From positions 1-29,212 of the forward strand of contig CBFFRP010000093.1 in the NCBI GenBank assembly GCA_965644295.1: a stretch of 29,212 nt of DNA. The letters run 5' to 3'. Both the position numbers and the translations under genes were made by a program. The stretch is from Paraphysomonas bandaiensis (lineage: Eukaryota > Protista > Chrysophyceae). The stretch's first letter is position 1. Each line of letters starts with the position of its first letter. A model generated the notes under the pieces. The model was not told the origin of the DNA and ran no database searches. It worked only from the letters and a program-made list of their open reading frames with translations. Positions 21,191 through 29,212 of the stretch are shown in pieces.

Positions 21191-22473
21191 ACTTGTCGGA
21201 TGCTGATTCTGACGCTTATTGCGAATAAGAAGACTTTCAGTATACATATTATGTACAGTGAAATATGGTGTCGGAAACCCTAAAAAGTCTAATAGTATTA
21301 ACTTTCCCGAGTTTTGAAGTTTCAGTTTTTCTAATGACAGGTTGAGTTGCGTCAAGTTTATAGAAACATCTCGTAAATTTACGAAAAAATCGACCTGCAC
21401 AGTGATATATATTATGTTAAGGTTGTTTATGTCGGTGATTCACATTAGGTATGCCAGCATAAGAAAGCTGTCGATGGATTCCTGATCAGCTCGATGTGAT
21501 CCAAACTCTGAAAAGAAGCACTGTATGCTCCAAATTGCCTTCAGAAAAAGTAATATCATCGCGGTTTATTCATCAGATGATGAGCCAAATATTTCTTGGA
21601 GTGTTTGGTAGTCTTCTGCGACAAAATATTATGGGTGATAATTTTATATTTGCACTGCTGAGTTCTGCAATGTGATGCGATATAGATTGTGTAATTGAAG
21701 TGAGTTAATTGTGTGCAAAATGTGAAATCAACTCATACGTGTAACAGATGAATATAGTTCCAAAGGAAGTAAATTTAGTTGCTGATGTGTGACTAAGAAA
21801 GTCTGATTATTACATGAGAACGGTTGGGTACAGAAACTATTAATATATCTATAGGCTGACTAAACTGGGCTTGCTATGTACTACTAGTGGCGGGCAACCG
21901 TCTCGGGACTGCTTGTGCATCTTTGCGAGCACCATGGTGCCACTGATGTGTGACTATATGTAAGATATAGGAGTGACTGGTGAATACATGATAAACAATG
22001 TTTTGGAGAACAGATGTTCACAAGATGCTACATGAATATATTATGGTGAAGTGTTGGGATTAATGAGTATAATTTTTACTTGACAGTACATTGTAAGGTT
22101 AACTTCAGTATGTTCAATTGTAGCAGGTAACAGACACTACTACCCACCAATATTGTTAGATCGTAATCACAACCACATACAGTCAATATATTTTTGTTTC
22201 ACTGATATATAATAATCCATAGTCCATAGCATTATTTCGTTAATAATCTATGCATTAACTCATGATCACTATTCTAAAACCCTAATATATAGCATTTAGT
22301 GGCTTACAAATAGAAAAACTCAGCATTATTGATTCTCCTCTATATGTATAACATAGGCATATTGTCTACATTAAAGCAAAAAGTTTACACTCGTGTACGG
22401 GTATGAATAAACATGAAAATTCAGTACTATATTTGTTGTAAACTTCTACATGAGGGTGAACGATAGTACACTG

Positions 22474-22551
22474 CAGGGCCTGATAACCATTAATGGCTGT
22501 CCAGTTCCCGGCAATTATAATGCCATTACCGTTAATGGTTACCAGGCCCTG
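22474..22551. mobile_element. 78-bp hAT-type MITE
   Basis: 23-bp TIR CAGGGCCTG(A/G)TAACCATTAA(T/C)GG; exact 8-bp TSD GTACACTG at 22466-22473 and 22552-22559. Confidence 0.92.
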
Positions 22552-22706
22552 GTACACTGCATTACGGACTAGGGACTAGCACACTGCTTTCAATTTCACT
22601 CTGCATTCCCTGTTTAAGAAAAAGTGCATCGTTATTCGACATTAATAAACATAGGTTTAGTCTGTGTTTATTACAGGCAAAAAAGAAATTCACACATTAC
22701 CACCTA

Positions 22707-25700
22707 CTACTTATCTTCATCATCGTCTCCAAAGTAAGAATAAGAAACCACTCGATCTGTTTGGCGCACAACATTCACAAGCCTATCTACTCCGTCGGTA
22801 TTAACCGATTGGTCGTTGGATGTGGACACTGTGGTTAATAGTTGATCTATTTTATCTCCAATATTGGATATTTTGGATTCTAAGGTAAGTATTCTATGTT
22901 CAATATTAGTATATCTACTTGACAATGTACTACTAACTTCATCAACCGATTGAAGCGTACCCTGGGTGAGAGCATTTAATCTAATTAAAAGTTCCGAATC
23001 TGACACGCTGGGGCTTAGGTCTGGCTTTTTCGCACTCTCAGGAGAAAGCACTACCAAGTCACCAAGAGACTTCCGTTTTCCAGTGGCAGGCACGAAAACA
23101 GACGCAAGAGTAATAAATGGCATTGCTTTAACCTCCAGCTCAGTTATCATCCTCAGTCGAGAAACAAGGGCTGCGACATGGCGAGTGTCGGTCGCAGTTC
23201 TGAATGAGTTTTCCATAAATGCAATCAAAGAATTCAGCAGTATAATCACCACGCATATCAGAAACAAAAGGTACATAAGAATCGGGAATGGCTGATCTAT
23301 GAAATAACTGTCGAAATGAAGATCTCCATATATCATGTTGAACAGGCGTAGGAAAGAATCATCCAGGCTTCCAAACACTCCCAACACACGGAATGATACA
23401 GCGAATGCGGTGAGAAAAAGAACCAGCACCAACATAAAATACCTCACATCCCAAATGATAACTTTCATAGTGTGTATGAGAATTGAGAGACCCTCCAGAC
23501 CTCTACCGAGATAAAGAGTATGACTCCAGAGTAGTAACGTGAGGAGAGTTGACATCACGCGAACCATTCCAACAGGTCCTGCCATTGTACCCACTATGAT
23601 GGACACATGGCAAAGAACAATCATGGCAGCATCACTGACATGCCAAAGGTTACTGAAAAACGCTATCGTGGATGGTGCCTTGGTCCACTCCCAGAGGGAG
23701 AGACCCATCAAAAGTGTGTTGCAAAATATGGACAAGCATATACATAAGATATACGATGGATGGCTACTTAGGTCAACAAACTCTCCGCTACATATACCTA
23801 GCACAGAAACAGTTGTTGAAAACAGATATACTGCATAAAAGATCCCCAATCGCTGCGTCATACGATACCCCCAAGAGTCCCACTTGTATTGAATCAGGTA
23901 GCGTATGAGAGGTACACCAACAAGAGTATCCACAGCATCACTATCCGATATTGCGGCTAAAAACTCTGGAGAAAGAAGAAAATCCATTGGTAGGTGATAG
24001 TTTACTCGAATCCTGTAGCAGTAAATACCCTTTCCTTGCTTGACTTGATTCCACCTCACCACTATCTTATCTTTATTACGTGGTACATCTAGTGGGGATG
24101 GATATGGCTGAGATTCCACCCCCATACTTCGGGACAGTAACATATCTGCAATTTTGTGGTGACTGCGTCTACAGTTGAGCACTAAATTTCTGAATATTCC
24201 TTCGAACATATGGTGGGGTAAAAGCAAATCCCACCCCCCTAACCGCTCATCGTTGATAACAGCGGTGAGGATGCTATCCAATGTGTCCGCTGACTGGTCA
24301 GGGTCCGCAAGAGTGGAAATCACACGCTCTATATTCGTCTCAATCTTCATCCACTCATATGCTCGTTGTAAGCAAAGCCGATTGTCTATCAGAAACTGAA
24401 GAGGGGAGCGCACAAGCAGGGGGTCTTTCAGCAACAGGTCGACGACAGGAAGCGCGACGAGAAGAATATAGTTGAGGGCATTGGCCTTGGCGCGAACAAC
24501 GCGAGGATTGATGCACCCGAGCCGCAACAAGCAGTAAAATACTAGTGCGGCCTGTTCCGGCGAAACGATACACTCTTCTCTTATAACGTCACTTCCTCCA
24601 CTACCGTTGCTCCCACTCGGAGCATAGTGAACGGGGGTGGAAAGGCTCCAATGACATAGGTATTTACCAGCCACAACAATAGAGTGTTCAAGAGATGAAT
24701 GCTCGATACCTGGACACGCTCTGCAATCGTACATTAAGTCCTCTTCTGGCGACCACACAACTGCCTTTCCATCATGCCCGGAAGTCACCAGAACTGGACC
24801 AAGCTCATCACTTCCAATAAGTACACTGGCAACCCGTCGAGTATGCACTCCACCCAACACCCGTAACAAACAACCAGTGCGTGAATCCCACACCTTCACA
24901 GTCTGTGTCCAATCTGCAGAGAGAATAACAGGCTGTGGGGAGTCCGCTACCGCTACAGATGAAACTTCACATGACCCTGGGGTTTGTTCGAGACTCTGCG
25001 CTTCTTGTCCTTCCAGAAGAATGAACATGAGCTTGAGTCTTAAAAGGTCCCAAACTAATATACTCCCATCTGCTGCACCAGATACGATGATGGGGTTGCT
25101 AGGATTACGTGACACTGCCAGAGTGTTCACTTCGCTGCCATGTCCCAAGAGAGAATCAATAAGAGACCCAGTGGCTAGTTCCCACACCTTCACCTTGCCA
25201 TCATCTCCACCAGATATGATTACAGGTATTTTGATGTCGGACAATGCAAGGGTTGATATAGGTCCGTTGTGTCCGCATATCGTTCCAAGTTTCTCTCCAT
25301 CACACAGTCTCCAACATATAACCATACCATCTACTCCACATGACACTACAACACTCTGTTCAGGGCCCTCTGATACTGCCACGGCATTTACTACTCCACG
25401 ATGACCGTATAGAGTTCTCAGAGTGAAGCCCGATTCCATTGACCATATTATTATAGTTTTGTCAAGACTCCCTGAAACTACAACAGGGTTCGGTGCCTCA
25501 CTCGAAGAAACACACACTGAAACGACTGCTTCAGAATGACCACGCAATATATGAGAGCAAACCCCGTTATCTAAGTCATATATACGCAGGGTACAATCAT
25601 CATTCCCAACAACAAGGATATTGCCAATATTCAATGAATTCCATATTGCGCTACATAAAATAGCAGTGTTGTGATCGAGGCATCGGAAATGCTCACCTTT

Positions 25701-25766
25701 TGAGGAGAAATTACTTCCACATCCCTGTGAACTGCTCTTCATACTCTGTGAGTGCATCAGGATCAA
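22707..25766 (-). CDS. WD40-repeat / TRP-like cation channel fusion protein (~1019 aa)
   Basis: About 7 GH...W(D/E/S) WD40 repeats at the N-terminus; LIQYKW pre-S1 motif; ~6 hydrophobic segments; pore FNMIYGD; S6 IILLNSLIAFMENSF; C-terminal coiled coil. The start codon is uncertain. Confidence 0.88.
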   Translation of the reverse strand: MILMHSQSMKSSSQGCGSNFSSKGEHFRCLDHNTAILCSAIWNSLNIGNILVVGNDDCTLRIYDLDNGVCSHILRGHSEAVVSVCVSSSEAPNPVVVSGSLDKTIIIWSMESGFTLRTLYGHRGVVNAVAVSEGPEQSVVVSCGVDGMVICWRLCDGEKLGTICGHNGPISTLALSDIKIPVIISGGDDGKVKVWELATGSLIDSLLGHGSEVNTLAVSRNPSNPIIVSGAADGSILVWDLLRLKLMFILLEGQEAQSLEQTPGSCEVSSVAVADSPQPVILSADWTQTVKVWDSRTGCLLRVLGGVHTRRVASVLIGSDELGPVLVTSGHDGKAVVWSPEEDLMYDCRACPGIEHSSLEHSIVVAGKYLCHWSLSTPVHYAPSGSNGSGGSDVIREECIVSPEQAALVFYCLLRLGCINPRVVRAKANALNYILLVALPVVDLLLKDPLLVRSPLQFLIDNRLCLQRAYEWMKIETNIERVISTLADPDQSADTLDSILTAVINDERLGGWDLLLPHHMFEGIFRNLVLNCRRSHHKIADMLLSRSMGVESQPYPSPLDVPRNKDKIVVRWNQVKQGKGIYCYRIRVNYHLPMDFLLSPEFLAAISDSDAVDTLVGVPLIRYLIQYKWDSWGYRMTQRLGIFYAVYLFSTTVSVLGICSGEFVDLSSHPSYILCICLSIFCNTLLMGLSLWEWTKAPSTIAFFSNLWHVSDAAMIVLCHVSIIVGTMAGPVGMVRVMSTLLTLLLWSHTLYLGRGLEGLSILIHTMKVIIWDVRYFMLVLVLFLTAFAVSFRVLGVFGSLDDSFLRLFNMIYGDLHFDSYFIDQPFPILMYLLFLICVVIILLNSLIAFMENSFRTATDTRHVAALVSRLRMITELEVKAMPFITLASVFVPATGKRKSLGDLVVLSPESAKKPDLSPSVSDSELLIRLNALTQGTLQSVDEVSSTLSSRYTNIEHRILTLESKISNIGDKIDQLLTTVSTSNDQSVNTDGVDRLVNVVRQTDRVVSYSYFGDDDEDK

Positions 25767-26372
25767 ATGCTGCTAATATTCACTCGGTGCGGCATTGGAC
25801 TGTGCTTTGGAATGCAGATGTATTGCACCTCATTCACCGGCTTGTGATGTTGATATCTGACATACTATTCGCTACACTCCACTATAACGAGCACTTTCAC
25901 TTCGATAGATGCTATATACTATACATCCAGTGTGTTGGCTTCGTGCACTTCGAAGAAGAAAGTTTTTACAGCAGGCAGCAGATGACTGTGAAATATTCAA
26001 CACTCACACCCTTCAGGTCCGTGGAGACCTGGTATACACATGGTATACACTGTATACCTTTTTGTGTGTCATGTGCGGTCACCCACACAACACAGCTGTC
26101 CACCTCTACATGTGGTTTGAGCCAACACAACGCACAATACACTGCAATACAACGTAGTCACTGGTCCTTTCTGCCTTTTCAATTGATTGCGCTGCATGTG
26201 ATCTGATCACTTCATACTGCTGCATTATCATCTTGGAGTTAGTGAATTGGAACGCGAATCGGAGGATTCTCAGGATGTCTTTCAACGCTGTCGCTATGAC
26301 CTAGTATGCTACAGGATATGCTGCCAGTATTTGTCAATGCGAAACAGGTTCTATTCATCATTATTGTTGTAA

Positions 26373-28007
26373 ATGTCTAACTTCTCTTTATACTCTAGAA
26401 CTCTTGTTAACGGGGCTGAATCTGAGGGCCTCTCATCTTTTGGAAGTGAAACGGAGATAGAATCGTCAAAGGATAAGTCACGTGGATTTAGCCGATCGTT
26501 GCAGTCGTTTCTTTTGAGCTGGTATTCATCCCAACACTCTGACATAGTAGAAATTCCTGACGCGTTGGTGAGATCCAATTCTAAGGACATTGAAATGAAT
26601 AACAAAATAGTATCAAAGCCCATGCCGTCTAGTTTTCGTGTGCTTGGGATCGAAATTGGCTATTGGTCCAGAACATCTCAGTATATATTTTGCGCATCCG
26701 GTGTTATGTTTTTCTTGTTACTCTATGGCGTACTACAGGAGTTTGTTGTTATGACGAAGTTTAAACGTTCTCTAGGGTGGTTTGTAACGTTCTTACAATT
26801 ATCTGGATATGGCCTTTGTGGTTTCTTCCAACATAACGTTGTGAATATGAAGAACAATGAAAGAAGAATACCAGTAGTATATTACGTCTTATTTGCCATA
26901 TTGCATGTCACAATGCAGGGCTTTACCAATGTTGCAATGCAATATCTAAATTATCCTGCCAAGACCTTGTTCAAATCTTCTAGAGTTATAGTTACAATGA
27001 TATTTGGAGGGTGTTTTATGGGGAAAAGGTATAACCTCAATGACTACTCTGTTGCAGCTATGATTATCATTGGGTTGTACCTCTTCGTGGTGTCAGATGC
27101 TCACACTTCTCCAGTTTTCGACAAAATTGGAATACTTTACATATGCCTAGCACTTTGCGCTGATGCTGCAATACTGAATATACAGGAGTACTGTCTCAAT
27201 GCCTACAGTGCCGGTCATGATGAGTTGGTGTACTACACCTACTTGGGGTCTGGACTCGTGGCCTTCTGCATATCTGTGCTTTGTGGTGAGTGCAACTGCG
27301 TGTGCTCATATGAACCTAATGTTAGTGCAGGTGAACTCTGGCCCGGAATTGTGTTTTTACATAAGTCTGGATCAATTTCGATGCTTCTGATGTTTGTTTG
27401 CTTTTGCAGCGTCGGGTTCTTGGGCATGTCCTGTGTAGCTGCGCTCACGAAAAAATTTGGTGCTCTGACCTCTGCTATCACGGCAACTTTCCGAAAAGGC
27501 TTGACATTAGTGCTTTCGTACATTTTGTTCCCTAGTGACAAAGTTGTCACAATGGGGCACATTGCGGGGGCGTCTATATTTCTAGGCGGGCTGCTGTTGC
27601 GATCCTTGCAGAAGGGAGATCACAAACACCACCGGGGTTCTAGCTCTCCTCGTTCATCCCAGCTTACAACTGAGGATAGATGGGGTTACATCCATAGCGG
27701 TGATGCTGATGTACCCACGCAGCCCTTCATACCTGGTGTATCCTTATTCAGCATTGCGGGGATCACAAACCTCGTCACCTGGTTAACTAGTGAGCGATAC
27801 ACGAGTGACACCCACGAACCAGTCTATGCACCCTTCGGTATGAAGTCGAAAAATAATGAAGTAGATGAATCAGGTCGAAGGTTAGTGATAGTTGAAGGAT
27901 CTCTGCATTGTGAGAGTGTAGGGGACGAAGTCGGAGCTATAGGAGGGTTCGGTGTTGAAATACCGACTGATTCATCCGACGATGAGGGCAGTGATAGTGG
28001 CGTGTAA
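26373..28007 (+). CDS. SLC35B/UAA-family nucleotide-sugar or PAPS transporter (SLC35B3/PAPST2-like); probable 45-nt intron at 27286-27330
   Basis: LLYGVLQE, YLNYPAKTLFKSSRV, DAAILNIQE and ITATFRKGLTLVLSY; about 10 TM segments. Confidence 0.88.
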   Translation: MSNFSLYSRTLVNGAESEGLSSFGSETEIESSKDKSRGFSRSLQSFLLSWYSSQHSDIVEIPDALVRSNSKDIEMNNKIVSKPMPSSFRVLGIEIGYWSRTSQYIFCASGVMFFLLLYGVLQEFVVMTKFKRSLGWFVTFLQLSGYGLCGFFQHNVVNMKNNERRIPVVYYVLFAILHVTMQGFTNVAMQYLNYPAKTLFKSSRVIVTMIFGGCFMGKRYNLNDYSVAAMIIIGLYLFVVSDAHTSPVFDKIGILYICLALCADAAILNIQEYCLNAYSAGHDELVYYTYLGSGLVAFCISVLCGECNCVCSYEPNVSAGELWPGIVFLHKSGSISMLLMFVCFCSVGFLGMSCVAALTKKFGALTSAITATFRKGLTLVLSYILFPSDKVVTMGHIAGASIFLGGLLLRSLQKGDHKHHRGSSSPRSSQLTTEDRWGYIHSGDADVPTQPFIPGVSLFSIAGITNLVTWLTSERYTSDTHEPVYAPFGMKSKNNEVDESGRRLVIVEGSLHCESVGDEVGAIGGFGVEIPTDSSDDEGSDSGV

Positions 28008-28309
28008 AATATTGATGCGGATTGCATGTGTGGCGCTATTGATATTTTTGGAATTAGCTGTTCGTTTGTCAAATAGATTTATTCTAAGTATAAATTTTTG
28101 TACACATTCTCTTGAAGTATGCCTGTTGGGCATAACAGATTACAAAAATCAGCAAATGCATGTCCACCACTCCACTGTACAGCATGTTCAAATCAGACAT
28201 AGGAATCAATAAGAAAGAAATATAGACTAAATACTATTACTTTTATCATCATACTAAAAGCACGTCTGTATATTGATAGTCTCATTATTAGCAATAGGCG
28301 TTAAGAATC

Positions 28310-28440
28310 AGCTAGAAGAAAACTAGTCAAGCTAGATAGACGTCTACCTGTAACTAACTAGAGTACAAACTCTATTATCCTACTATTTAACGCTATAGAG
28401 GCTGCGTGTGCGTCGCCGCAAGCACCAAGGTGCAACTACC
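28310..28440 (+). repeat. Dispersed repeat terminus, copy 2
   Basis: Inverted homologue of 21055-21190. Confidence 0.85.
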
Positions 28441-29212
28441 TCCGCTCTATTGCTCAAAGCAAACGCAGTGAGAAAGCAGAATGTTGATATTTGATATACC
28501 TGACATCTGCTGACTTCAGGCATTTTGAGTCCTTATATGGTATACATCCCGGATGCTTGACTTCAGCATGCAGCAGCCCAATATCCCGGTAACCCTTCAG
28601 GTGGGCCCTGTCCGGATGCCCTTGAGGTGGGCCCATTTCGTCAAGGCCCAAAGACGACTACACAAGTCACACTTATTGGTATCCCTTGTACCACACAAGT
28701 ATTTGGCTATGAGTGGGCAGAACAATATCTGATGTCTATGTCTGCGGCTCCCGTTAAATTCCCAGAGAAATATCTCCGGTACTTATCCCCCAGAACACCA
28801 CGAACAGGTGCGAGTCCCAATTTTTTTGAGGGAAGCACGTCTGTGTAATATACATTTATTTGATCTTTGTTGAGAATCGCTATTTTGAGGAATTCGAAGC
28901 TGTATTTCAAGGTTAAGGTGATCGAACTGTTTTCTTGTTAAAGTAGATTCAAACATTCCCTCAACACCACGAAAAGGTGCGAGTCCGACTTTGTCATGAT
29001 GTAAAACATGTCAACAACATGGTAATTTATTTTTCGTTCATATCAACCACTGCTCAACTTCCGTATCTTGAGTCGTCATGATACAATACTTCAGTTTCAC
29101 AGTTATAGCTATATACTATAGTGTCTTTGACTACGCATTACTGTTTTTCACATTATTGTATTTAGCGTATTCTACACTACTATCTTAGAGAATTAATGTA
29201 CCACACTACTAA

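Noticed and set aside
19413-22557. Short ORFs between host genes
   Set aside because: No motifs or consistent exon structure; treated as intergenic or decayed repeat.
25700-26206. 168-aa plus-strand ORF
   Set aside because: Non-ATG start, overlaps the channel gene start, no recognisable features; probably the divergent promoter/UTR region.
21055-28440. One transposon with long TIRs capturing the channel and transporter genes
   Set aside because: The sharp conserved edge of each repeat faces inward and similarity fades outward, which fits two separate elements extending away from the genes. No TSD was found.

Overview
Eukaryotic genomic DNA with short GT-AG introns of 45-70 nt; a protist, possibly a stramenopile, though this is only a guess. 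The left 17.6 kb is a nested transposon stack. A degenerate Copia element (5' LTR 17286-17590, minus strand) is interrupted by a Gypsy element (5' LTR 13015-13652, minus strand). The Gypsy gag is split by a 1586-bp TG...CA element carrying a divergent SET-domain ORF. The Gypsy pol is cut at the start of RT by an ~8.6-kb Sola1/DUF7869-like DNA transposon. That transposon encodes a spliced DDD transposase with a C-terminal Tudor-like domain and a CHZ-like (H2A.Z chaperone-like) motif, a divergently transcribed Zn-ribbon/acidic-repeat accessory gene, and a 249-bp tandem array. It also hosts a non-canonical piggyBac-like element. The right 11.6 kb holds three host genes (a hypothetical protein, a WD40-TRP channel fusion and an SLC35B/UAA-family transporter), a 78-bp hAT-type MITE and two copies of a repeat terminus. 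The most interesting signals are the chromatin-related modules carried by the transposons and a UGA-CUAG readthrough signal at the gag-pol junction. All domain calls come from reading motifs by eye; no database search was run.
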